Positions 1 through 11,924 of a DNA stretch of 64,000 nt are shown here, piece by piece. Position numbers and translations under genes: made by a program. Below the pieces are notes generated by a model. The model saw only the letters and a list, made by a program, of their open reading frames with translations. It ran no database searches and was not told the DNA's origin. Within the stretch, counting starts at the first letter, position 1. Each line of letters opens with the position of its first letter. The stretch comes from Lama glama (lineage: Eukaryota): positions 20,834,001-20,898,000 of the forward strand of contig CM052817.1 of assembly GCA_028534125.1 (NCBI GenBank). Direction: 5' to 3'.

Positions 1-319
1 TAAGAGGGTCTCAAAACAGAATAACCTTTAACACATCTGAGCAGTAAAAGAGTTTGTAGTACAATTTATGAGGTTTCAAATCCCAAATCCTCACTTTGAG
101 AAAAGAGCCTGGTGGGTGGTATTTTCTACCCTCAAAGGATCAACTATTGCTTCTTCTCTATTTCACTGTTATTTGAATCGCTGCTATAAAAGAATTGAAG
201 TAGCATAGATGGTCTGTTCTCTAAAGTTTTCTTGACTTAAATCATGCTGATGAGCCAAAGCATTTCCTATAAGTTAATTCTAAATGTTACGTAGTGAAAA
301 TTCGTGTGGGCTTTAATTG

Positions 320-450
320 CAGCTCAAACTCTGATTTGACACCCAGTGTTGTCAATTACTACCTTGTGACCTTGACTTTATCTCCTTGACTATAATTTCC
401 TCATTTGTAAAACTGGAACAATAAAATTGACTTTGCAGGGCTATAGGTAG
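320..450 (+). mobile_element. MIR SINE fragment
   Basis: Degenerate MIR core: 'tgtgaccttg...tttcctcatttgtaaaactggaacaataa...gcagggct'. Confidence 0.65.
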
Positions 451-494
451 GAGAAATTGAGGTATTTTTAAAATGTCTCCCAAATAATTGAACA

Positions 495-620
495 TATTGC
501 ATATATATGGATATATGTTATATACACATATTATATAACCTATTTTGTAGTATATAATTATATATATATGTAGTATATATATATATATAATATAGTGATC
601 ATGGATATAAACATACACAC
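495..620. repeat. (TA)n-rich low-complexity tract
   Basis: Runs of tatata seen directly; accounts for the Y/I-rich ORF 352..633. Confidence 0.85.
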
Positions 621-1084
621 AACCAGGTGTCACTATTAATGTCTTATTAAAACATACCTTTTTCTTCTTATTGCCTAAAATTTGATTTGTATTCTCAATT
701 TTGTTTACAAATTTGAGTTTTAAAATATTGAAGGACCCTGAAGAAATATTGAAATTATTTTATAGGTAATATAAACTATACAAAATACATTTTAATTTAT
801 AGTTTATGTATGTGCATCTCTCCAAGATTCTCCTTCCTCAGAGCCCACCAATTTGATTGAATCAATAGGAAGAATTTTCCTTGACATCACAAATAATCCT
901 TTATTTACCTCTTCAAACACTGGTCCAATTTGACATTGAATACCAAATACATTAACATTATATTTGCATTTATATGTTATATTTTTGCAAGACACATATG
1001 TTGGGACTAAGGAGGCATAGACATAAACACATAAAAAGTATTGGCTAGCAAGATTTCTTTATTTGTTAAAGTTTTTTTCAGTCT

Positions 1085-1330
1085 TTCACTCAAACAACGT
1101 TATTGACTATTTATGATAAAAATAAACTGGGTGATACAGAGAAGAGATAATTTCTACTCCCAAAGAGCTGAAATTAAATTCTCCAATCCTGTTTCACAAT
1201 GGACTAAATTTAACAAATGTTTGTTGAAGGACTAGTGCATACACAGAAATACATTGAGTGTTGTAGAAGATACAAAAATTAAGACAATACAATGCTTCTT
1301 TGAGTTTTGTTTGATTGACAAGCATGTTAA
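1085..1330 (-). mobile_element. Degraded L2 3'-end fragments
   Basis: 'cactcaaacaacgttattgacta' and 'tttaacaaatgtttgttgaagg' resemble the reverse complement of the L2 tail. Confidence 0.4.
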
Positions 1331-1399
1331 AGATATGTAATCAGTACATCTAAGATTGTAACTTCCAATAACACTAATGGTGACTTCTAACATTGTAGA

Positions 1400-1590
1400 A
1401 CACTTAGATTGGGACAAACATGCTTCTAGGTATCTATATGCATACTGACTCAGTTTGATCATCTTAAAAATCCTCTGTGTTAGACAGTATAATTCTGATT
1501 TTACAGATGAGAGAATCGAAGTGCAGAAGTTAAACAATTTGTTCAAGATGGAAGGTGGAGTTGATAGGCAGATGCAAAGATTTTAGTCTG
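1400..1590 (-). mobile_element. MIR SINE
   Basis: 'attttacagatgagagaatcgaagtgcagaagttaaacaatttgttcaag' is the reverse-strand MIR core. Confidence 0.75.
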
Positions 1591-1682
1591 AAGAGAAAAT
1601 ATAGACAGAGGTGTCACAGTAAAATGCTGCAAGTGGCGATCTATGAACAGTGACAGATTCCTTCGGCTGAAGAAAGGCCATA

Positions 1683-2009
1683 CAGTTGACCCTTGAACAA
1701 CACAGGTTTGAACTGCCTGGATCCACTTACACACAGATTTTTTTTTTCAATAAATATAGTTCCCCCATTTTTGTTTTACAGATCTTTAAATTAACTAAGT
1801 GTAGGGGAAAGTTTATGTTCAATTAGACATCAAAATATTTGGAATCAGAAGAGCTAGGATTTAAGTCTTGATTCTGTCTAAACTGTTTTCTTGTCCTTGA
1901 GTGAGTCATTTATCAATTCTTTTGTTTTTTGAGGCAGAGGCAGTGGTACATGGATTTTTGACAGCAGGGGGTGGACACCCCAACCCCTGGGTAGTTCGAG
2001 GGTCAACTG
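1683..2009. mobile_element. Tigger2-family non-autonomous DNA transposon (TcMar-Tigger MITE, possibly the artiodactyl Tigger2a type)
   Basis: Terminal inverted repeats (TIRs) CAGTTGACCCTTGAACAAC ... GTAGTTCGAGGGTCAACTG, with TA on both sides (1681-1682, 2010-2011). Confidence 0.92.
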
Positions 2010-5000
2010 TATAGAGGGGAGAAGGGAACATGAAAACTGGGAGATGTGAATGAAGAAATTCTACAGCAATGAGAGCACTTTAAATCCTTTAAAAGGATAA
2101 AGCTCTGAAAGCGTAGACCACCTGACAAGGTGTGACAGCCTCATCTTTGTGAGGCATTTGAAGGGGTCGCCATAGCTGTCTGAACCCAAGGAACTGTGAC
2201 TCTCCAGTCCCTGAAACAATCCTGCTGAGTTTCAAGGCAGCCCAGGAAGGTTCTGCCTAAAAGACAGCATGAAATCATTCCTAACATATGAGGCTTTAAA
2301 ATAATGCTGCGTGTTGTCAGGTGTACTGGTTATAACTGTCTCCAGGAGCAAAGGGAAGAGCATTAACTACACACGTATCACGGCTTCTTTCTAGTTCTGT
2401 CACCATCAAGATCCACCCGGAAGCTACTGAGCAAAATGACTGACTCGGGCACCTTCATCCTTGAGAAGGTGACACAAACCATGAAAGCCGTTTCTCCAGG
2501 CGTGGCAGAGAAACGAGAGGTCGATTTTGAGTTTTCATTTGGACAAGACAGCCTCATGCCCTCCTGAGAGTGAAGCAATCCAATGTTGTTATAAAACTGA
2601 CACATCTTTGGTAGTCAAAAAGGGAGATGATACTTTTTAAAAAAGGAAAATAATCTCAAAAGTTGGGCAGAAGTATGTCCTTGGCCTTCAGGAAAACATG
2701 GAAGCCAAGACAGAAGTCCTACGTGTTCCTCTGTTCTTTTCTTCCCCCGTGTTCTGCGTTACTACCTGCTAAATCAATTGCAGCTGCCTACCTCGGTCCA
2801 GTGCATTTAAACCCTTTCTTGGGGCCTCTATAGCACCCTTTGAGAATTTCACCCATAACTCCTTACCAATTCCCTAAGCTGTCTTGACTTCTCTACCAGA
2901 AAATTGTTCTTATATTTATAACATCTTTCTGAGAATATTTCACCAAGCTGCTAATAAAACTCTGTTTTATACAACCAATGAATTATGCCTTCAATGTCTT
3001 TTTCTCTCTGCATGACGTCCTAGATTAATGCACTATATAATGTTTGTTAATACAACCATGTTTCTTCTTTAAAAGTCATTAAGAGGGTTTTAATAAGCAT
3101 TGAAATGATCAATGCGTTAATTGGCTCCAGATAATGTTTATCAAATATTCAGGAAGAGAAAATAAAGTACTGTATGGCAAATAATCCAATTCAAGGAAGT
3201 CGTTTTATTGGGAGAGATTTGCTTAAATAGGGATAGAATTTCAACACTAAGAGCTTTTTTAAATACAAATGGGGAAAGAGGTAAGAATTAGCTTAAGTAA
3301 AAGTTAATGCAACATTAGGTTTGCAAATTCAATTGAACAAAGTTAGAAAAATTGAAGTTTATGTTACAAGGATAAGTTGAAATTATGTTCTCTGGTTTTG
3401 TGTGATAGACCACATGGTTTTCACCTTGCGTAGAATTATTGGCTAATATAATGTTCTCCATGGCAGAACTGATGACCTAAATAATAATTTCTCCTCATTC
3501 TGAATTTGAGAGCCTGTCTGGTCCTAGGGAAAAGAAGTTATTCTATACAGGTCAAATTTAATACTTATCCTAGTTTATTTCTGCTTTTCCTTCTTTAAAT
3601 GAATGACTACAGATATGGATGTGGACAGAGGAGAGGTTATCTAAATACCCATCTATCTATCAATCATCTATCTCTGTGCATATATGTAATTTTTGTCATT
3701 TCACACTATCTAGCAGAAGTATTTCAAACTGTTATTAAAAAGTTAAATTTTGCACAAAAATAAAAATGAATGTATGGATAAAATAAAGGCACATTTCATT
3801 TTTCCCTCAAAGCTCAACCAAAAAAAAAAAAGGACAGGTCTGGCTGAAGAATGACAGGAGTATAGCTGTTGTCTGTGTTAAAACTCTACAGAGAAAGCAA
3901 AGAAAATGTTCAAGGGCCGGGGGGGAATAAAAGGTCCAGGGTCATCTCTTACTACCTAAAAGTCCTGTAGCATTTCTGATGTTCATAAAAACGCTTGTGC
4001 TCCTGAGAGAGCAGCGAGCCCTTTCAGAGTCTCCACGTTCCTCGTGGCAAACAGCTATGTCAGTTTACTAGGAAAATTTGACTTGATGCCTCTTGAACAT
4101 TCATTTCCAACTTTGTGTTAATTTTTTTTTTCTCTTATAGCCAAATGGAGACAAAGAATATTAGAATTTTCTGATCTGGGACCTAAAGTTGGTCCATTGC
4201 ATTTACATTTTATTTTCACAGGGGAATTAAGCTGACATTAAAGCCAAGACTGATGTTCCACACCACTTAAAATGGGGAATTTTTTTCCCAGCGAGTTTAT
4301 TGTCACTGAAGAATTTAGGATTAGAGGGGCCATAGAGAGCAAGATTTGCAAGTGAACAAAATATGGTTTACATGAGGAAAGCCATTAATATTTCTCTAAA
4401 TGTGAACTTAGCAGAGGAATAGTATAAAAGGGGAATTTTACATTTTAAGATCTGAAGATTTATGGAATTTTAAGGAAATAAATGTTCTGAGTGATTAGGT
4501 GAGAGAAAAATGAGAAAAACCCAATGAGTCCAGTATAGATATGACAGAAATCCTATCTTGTATCATGTAAATTCTTACTGAATTTTCTATGGTATTTCCC
4601 TACAGTGCAAGAAATAGCTTGTCAGACATATATGTTAGAAAGAAGATATAATATACTTGGAAATATACATAATGTTTTGGTCACATAAATTTGTGATTAT
4701 TCTTTAAATAAAGAAATTATTATTCCAGATTACACTTATTTTCAACATCACTGTACATTTTAAAAATAAAAATAATTTTATGATGCAAATTAAGGCTGTT
4801 GGCATAACTTACTCTGTAAGCCATGGGCAGTCCAATGCCAAAAAAAAAAATTGAGTTATTGTTTCTGTTTACTGCTTATATTGTGCTAAAAATACTACTA
4901 CAAAATATTCTGATTTTCTAATCTATTATAATTATTTCTGCTGCAGAATAGCTTCCACAAGATGAGTAAAGAATTTAAGAACACCTCGCCTTTGTTAGAG

Positions 5001-5339
5001 AGCTACGTATTTGCACAGTTATGTTAGGTTTAATACAGTGCTGAACATATGATGGCATCAGGCAGTGTTTGCATCATGAAATGAGGTGTGGTGTGATTTA
5101 TTACTTCCTCCCTCAATGAAGGAAATGAGGAAGTCTTCTGTGCCTCCTACTTCCCAGTCAGGAGCGTGCAGGAAGTTAGCTGTCAAAGTTCTTTGAACTG
5201 TATCACCAACACTGGCTCCTGGAAGCCAGCGCCATATTAGACAATTAAAAAGGCAACGAACAAGGGAAATATGTAGTTGACAGTTGCAGCTAAAGAGAGA
5301 TGTGATGTTTTCCAAAACTCAAAACAGTAAATTTAGCTG

Positions 5340-5485
5340 AAGAGGCGATTTGTGCAAGTTATTTATACATTCTGAGCCTCGGTGCCCTCATTTTAAAAGC
5401 GGGGTTAATAGTACTTATTTGTAAAAATTACATGGGAGGAAGTTATTTCAATGTCTGGCACATAGCAAATACTCAAGAATGCTAT
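5340..5485 (+). mobile_element. MIR SINE
   Basis: 'tgtgcaagttatttata...tctgagcctcgg...ctcattttaaaagcgggg...tggcacatagcaaatactcaag'. Confidence 0.75.
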
Positions 5486-6370
5486 ATTTTACTTGATATT
5501 AAAATATTTCACTTAAATGGAAATAGTAAGCTTTTGTCTTCTGAGAGTGTGTGTATACATATGTGTGTATATATGTGTATACATTTACTTATTTGCAGTG
5601 TGTATACAATATACTTAAGATACATATAGTGTATTTTATTTAAGAGGGCACCAAACTTACTGTAGGGTTTAGCTTTATTGTTTGTTGTCATATGGGCCAA
5701 TAGGAGAGTAAAATTTGCCCAGTATGTCCCTGCCTGTAAAAGGGTTTGTTAAAATTAGGCTCAACTGCAACCAGGAGTTCTTTCTTTTTATGTAGCCTGC
5801 TAACCAAGCTTAGAATCACAATGATGATCACAAGTCAACTTTAAATTCCACAAGGAGATGAACCTCCATACTTAGTACAGAAATTAATAGTGTTCTAAAA
5901 ATTGCTAGTTACACAGTACATCATTTAATCCTTACAACAGCTAATGGATAATTGGTCAAGGTCAAACAGAATTGACCCAGTGAAGACTGGAACCCAAGTT
6001 TTTAAGTGTCTGTTTTACTCCTAATTAATCCTCATTGCCCCAGATTGCTGAGTTTCACTACCACAAATATCCTGTGTAAAGCCAGTGTAGGTGATGTGAC
6101 AGTCTCTGTGATATGCCAAATTGTACACAGGAACAATTGACTCACCTATTATAGGAGCAAACATCCCTGGTAACTTTGATTTTGTGTCCTACAGATTTGC
6201 ATTGACTTAGAATTGTCTTTGTTGTTATTAGTGCACAAATCCTACTGATTTCCAGAATTAAATGTTATTTCTCAGTGTTTGCAACCCTAAAAGTAAAGGT
6301 AAAACTCTGTTCATCATATATGGAGTCAGTTTTCCCGCAGCGTCCACTAAGAAAAATAACATAATGTTAT

Positions 6371-6920
6371 TGTTGAAAGCAGCTCTTTTTCCCTTTCCTC
6401 CTCACCCATTTCTGTCCCCCTCTAACTTTAAAAGAACCTAATTACCGGAATGAGATCACTAAGCAACTGAAACGAAGCCCTGACGTAGGCTCTCCTGGAT
6501 GCACACCATGCCTTGTTTACCCCGCTGACTCTTTTCTTAGATAAAAAGAACTAAGAATTAAGAATGAAGTAGTTGAAAAGTGATTAGCTCCCGACCCCCA
6601 GCAGCCCCTTAGCCATCCTGCGGGCAGGTCACAAGTCAAGACAGCATCTGAAGGGCCAGCCGGCCTGCATGCACGATGGACAGGGACGAACAACCCAACC
6701 TCCTGCCTCAGTGATTCACTCAGTTTCTTTCTCCTCATTTTCCCCTTTAAAAACTGTCATGGCCGAGCAGAATCTTTGGAGATGATCTCTGGACGTGAGT
6801 TCACCATTACCCCAGAGTACTGACTTTTTTTTGACTAAAGCACCTTTCCTTTCCACTGACACTTGCCTCTCAAATTATTGGCTTCTGAGCACTGAGCAAC
6901 TGACCTTGAGTTCAGAAACA
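6371..6920 (+). mobile_element. ERV1-class solo LTR
   Basis: TGTTG...AAACA termini, 4-bp TSD ttat/ttgt (3/4), TATA-like 'ccctttaaaaa' and a U5 end similar to the LTR at 23030. Confidence 0.8.
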
Positions 6921-7991
6921 TTGTTACTGAAAGTTTTGAAAAGAAGTTGCTAATAAAAAAAAAAAAGGAAACCTTTTAATATTAGCTATATTTTGTAAAC
7001 ATAACCACATTCAAATTTATAAGCCTTTCAATACAATTAATAATGCGTATGTGTATGAGTGGGTTAATATGTATATTATCTATAAATTTTATAAAAATCA
7101 GTAATGGAGCTCCTTGGGAAATTAATATTTTCATCTAATTTTTATTTAAAATGGAAAGAAAATACAAACAATAAGAACAAATTCCATTTACTATCAAGCA
7201 CTGAAATAATGCTTGTATTTTAAGAAATATATTTATCATATATACCCATAAAACATTAAAACAAATATATTATTTGATATATTTTACTTCCTCCAAATCA
7301 TATAGAAAATATTTTAGCAAACAGCCAGGGAGAGTAAATTTTTCTAAACATACTCATGTGTTTCCCAAACATAAAATACTGCTGCAAAAGCTGAAAGTTC
7401 AGGAAGCTTCACCGGCTGCCAACATACTCTTCCAGTCTTCAGCTAATTTCCCAGCTAGAGTGCAAAATCATCTTTTGAGAGTCCAGTGATAAAGAAGGAC
7501 AAATCATTCTTTATTAAATATCCCTCATCAAAAAAAAAGAATTATCTAAATTTTGGAAATGATGGTTGCTATCATGGACATCAATGTGCTCAGGGAGTGA
7601 AATCCTTGAGAATTTTGGTTTTATTTTTAATTCTCTGTTTCAACAAAGAAGGATGCAAGATGCATTTTGTTTGATTTTTGCATCTTTCTTTTGGCTATTT
7701 CAAAATAATGAGCTTGATTTAGATAATTCTTTGGAAACAACTGAAATATTTTGTGAACAGTAAGTGCATTTCCCTGAGAAATGATTAAAACTTTTACACA
7801 AAGACATTTCCTTTGTTTCTTCTATTCTTAAGAATTTTATTTTGCCTCTGACTTTTCACCAGGCTGTCCTACATATTCCTCTTAGGCTCTGTCAACAGGC
7901 AATCTGAAATACAGTAGAAAAATGTCTAGTTTAATTTGTTGAACTGAATCAATCTGGATTTTCAGAACTAATTCTTTAATGTTTCCTTTTT

Positions 7992-8200
7992 AGATACACT
8001 TTATTTTTTAGAGCAGTTTTAGATTCATAGTAAAATTGCGCAGAGGGTACAGTTCCCGTATCCCCCCTTCTCCTACGCAAAAACAGTCTCCCTAGCTATC
8101 AACATCTTGCATTAGCCTGGTATGTTTGTTACAACTTGTGACCCTACATTGACACCTAGTTATCATGCAAAGTTCAGAGTATACATTAGGGTTCACTCAC
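7992..8200 (-). mobile_element. L1MC-type 3' terminus
   Basis: 'tttattttttagagcagttttagattcatagtaaaattg...tacattagggttcactc' matches the reverse-strand L1MC 3' end; a related copy lies at 58312. Confidence 0.8.
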
Positions 8201-8209
8201 AGACATTAA

Positions 8210-8880
8210 GGTTAATTATTGATTGAATTTTTTTAAAAGATATAGGCCTATTCAGATTATCTATTTCTTCTTGTGTGAGTTTTAGCAGATTACGTCTTTC
8301 AAGAAATTAACCCATTTCACCTGGGTTATCAAAATTTTGAGCATAAAGTTGTTAATACTATTCTTTTATTCGCCTTTTGATGTCCGTGGGATCTATAGTG
8401 ATGCCCCCTCTTTCATTTCTGAAATTAATCATTTGTGTCATCTTCCCTCCTTGCCTCCTCTCTGTCTCTTTTTCCTTAGTTAGCTTGGGTAGAAACTAAT
8501 TGATTTTAGAGATCTTTTCAAAAAACTAAGTTTTGGTTTCATTGATTTAAAAAACAATTAATTTCCTAATTTTAATTTCATTAATATCTGCTCAAATTTT
8601 TATGACTTCTTTTCTTCTACTTAGTTAGGATTTAATTTGCTCTCCTTTTTCAAGTTTCCTAAGGTGAACACTTAGATTATTGCTTTTAGATTTCTCCTCT
8701 TTTCTAATATATACATTGAAAGCTATATATTTCCCTCCAAGGACTGGTTTCACTGCATCCTACTAACTTTGGCAAGTTGTCTTTCATTTTCACTTAGTTC
8801 AAAGAATTTAAAAACATTTCCTTTGAGATTTCTTCTTCCACCCATGTATTACTTGGAATCGTCTTGTATAATTTCTAAGG
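8210..8880 (-). mobile_element. Old L1 ORF2 fragment (region downstream of the endonuclease domain)
   Basis: T-rich reverse-strand ORF2 sequence, e.g. 'gatataggcctattcagattatctatttcttcttgtgtgagtttt' and 'ttttggtttcattgattt'. Confidence 0.85.
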
Positions 8881-9516
8881 ACTGAGGATTTTTACTAAAT
8901 CTGTTTTAAAGCATACTTTAGGATTTGTTTCTTCCTGAAATCTATGAATAAAATTATTATTAAGAATAATTTGTTTCCATGTATATTTGATTTTATTGTC
9001 CAAAATATATAACTTGATTTACCTTTCCTAATAAAAATAGAGCCAGTATGTGAGTATATATTACATAGCCTTGGCCAGCACAGGGTTTCTGAGGTATATT
9101 GAGGAAGGAAATAGAATTACATATTAAAATGTTCATGGATCTCATAAAGAAATTTAGTATTTAGTTCTACAAATTCTTAATTTTCCCCCTTGGTAGTTGG
9201 GGAAGTGCTCTAAATAGTAGATATTACTCATTCCATAATGTTACTTGGAGAAGTAATGTTTTCAATGTAGTACAATTTTAAGGGAAAAAGCCAAGATTTA
9301 AACCCTGATTTAAAAAATTTTATTTTGCTCACTGTTCAACAAAACATATAACCAGATAAATATACACATCTATGAACAAATATTGTCAATGCTTGATAAG
9401 TTAAAATCACCTGTTAAATAGCGAGAAAAAGTTTGAGCCTTTTTGTTCCTGCTATTAATCTTTGAGCATTGCTTCGACCAAGATGTTTTGCATTGATTTT
9501 TTTATTTGTTCTAGAT

Positions 9517-11924
9517 TAACTATATCCAATATAAATAAAATATGAGACATGTATATAAATTTAAATTTTATGACTGCTCATATAAAAGTAAGAAGAAGCA
9601 AGGAAATTAATTTTAATAACATGTTATATAATCTTATGTATCCAAAACTTTGTTTCAGTATAAATCAATATAAAATACTGAGTCATTTTACATTCTTTTT
9701 TTGGTACAGTCTTTGAAATTCAATATGTGTTTTTTACTTACAACAAATCTCAATTTAGATGCTAAATATTCATCAGAAATATTTTACTTCTATTTAGATT
9801 TCATGAGGTTTTCAGCTAAATATATAAAATTGGACATCAAAATCCTTCCAAATATGTATTTCTCAAATAAAGAATTGATTAAAAATAATTTTCCTCTAAT
9901 ATTTGCATTTTTTTGATAAAGTTGATTCAGTCTTTCAAAAAGAGTTGATTTGAAGAAAAAACAGTAATTTAAATATTACATTTAAGTATTTTTGTGTCAA
10001 CATGTTTTATTAACATTGAATTCAAAGCAATACTGTATAGATTGAAAAGCAACTCTGAATATATCAATTACAGAATATTTCTGTAATTTTTCTTATAGTT
10101 TTGCAGGCAATTTATAGAATGCTGTTGATTACAATAGAAATTCCTTGCCATTGATTCATGTCAGAAAATTATGTAAAATATTATTACTGCATGAAAAGTT
10201 GAGATTTCATCATAAATTGTGTCATACTTGTCTCTCTAGGTAACATGAAGATCTCCATCTACGTGAAGCTTCATATTCAGCATATTCATATTAATTTGAT
10301 ATTGATGAGAAAATGCAAATCACAGGGCCATTGAAATTGCCTTTCATTATTGAATGTTTAGCAAGCATTCTTTTTGTTTCAAGAAAATGTTGAATTGGAG
10401 TTAATATGGTAAATCTTTGTAAAAACCCTTCCACTAATCAGAGAGTCTTGCCAAAGAACACACTATCATTATTTTCTATCTCTTTCAAAAGCTTCATAAA
10501 CTGGTGATGTTCCAAACACTTGTACAAATATATGGAGTAATTTTAACCACTAAACCTGTGACAGTTTTCATAGAGTCAGCGTCTGTTCAGTGAGCACACG
10601 TGTTTTCCATATGCATTAAAGAGAGGAGTGAAGCAATGTGGAAAACACCAATCTCTCAGATATTTGGCATTTCTCATATCATGATAGAAAATTTTTCCAT
10701 ATCTCACTGAAATTTTTCTCTGGCCAATGTAAGAGTATTAGATATACAAGTAAAAGATATAAAATATCTATTCCATGAGTTTCCTTAATAGGCCCTATTG
10801 ATATTTCTTCATAAAAGTGAAAGTCCTTTGGTATTCAAAATGGCTCATCTAAAGTTAAGAAAAAATAATTACAATTTATCAAATTTTGAATCAATTGATA
10901 TTTGATATTGTTTAAGCAAAAGGTCTTGTGTTGAACTGGTAATTGTTTGATGACTTAATAGAATTTTTAAAAGTTTTTGTAAACTATTTTCTTTAACTTT
11001 TTCACAATTTTCTTTAAAAATCACCAACATTGAAATAATTTTTTTTACCATCACTCTAAAAACAATTTTCTTTTTATGTAAGAATCATCTGCATTATAGT
11101 TTATGAAAAGTATAAGATCAGATCATGTTAAAATTTTTTATATTTAATTTTGAATTCAGGTCATCAATTTTATCAAGTTTTTTGACTATTGAGAGGAGAT
11201 TTCTTAAGAAATTTACTTTTCTGACTGAAAAGGTCTGTTCCTGTTGTATACCTTATTATTTTTAATACTATTTTACCCAACAAACAGAAAGCTTTTCCAT
11301 TTTATTCTGCCATAACCAAGTTCAGTTGCCACTAATCGTGAAATCTGCAGCCAGTCTTCCAGTCTTTTTGGTTTTTATCACTGGCATGGCAGTGGTAGTT
11401 TAAGTTCATGTGTTTTGCATCAATACTATTATGCCTTTGTTTTAAATTTTATATTTTATTCATACACTTTTTTCAATTTGAAAAGAAATTATAATTTAAA
11501 AAAATCTATCTTTTCATTTCATTATTATTATTTACATATGTATCTATGGAACATGCTGTTTCACAACATTTTAAAACATATTACAAAGTTACATTTATGC
11601 ATCAAAAAACAATTGAACTGAAGTAATTTGTTGACACCAACTAGAATGCTGATAAGTTTACTTATACCGTTAGAAGCAATGCATGCATTGAACATGGCCA
11701 CTACAATTCACAGCAATGCTATCTAACAAAATTAAAGTGAAATGTAATCCAACAAAAACAGCAACATTGTGTGTGATGCAAAAATATTATACAGTGATGC
11801 AATGTTTAACTTTAATTACAATTAATTAAATTACATTAAATTTTTAGTTCCTTAGCTCCACTAGTCACATTTAAGGTGCTTAGTGGCCACATGTGGCTAG
11901 TGGCTACTGTATTGGTCAGGTCAG
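9517..11924 (-). mobile_element. Near full-length hAT-Charlie DNA transposon (Charlie5-like, MER33/MER3-type ends) with a decayed transposase
   Basis: 8-bp TSD ttctagat (9509-9516) / ttctggat (11925-11932). The right end 'gccacatgtggctagtggctactgtattgg' is MER3/MER33-like. Minus-strand remnants read YFFLTLDE (10844-10867) and HHQFMKLLKEIE (about 10474-10509); ORF 10869..11054 is also transposase-like. Confidence 0.9.

Noticed and set aside
2378..2605. Short ORFs on both strands in a slightly GC-richer patch (plus strand MTDSGTFILEKVTQ...)
   Set aside because: No protein family recognised, no convincing donor site, and the length is within chance expectation.
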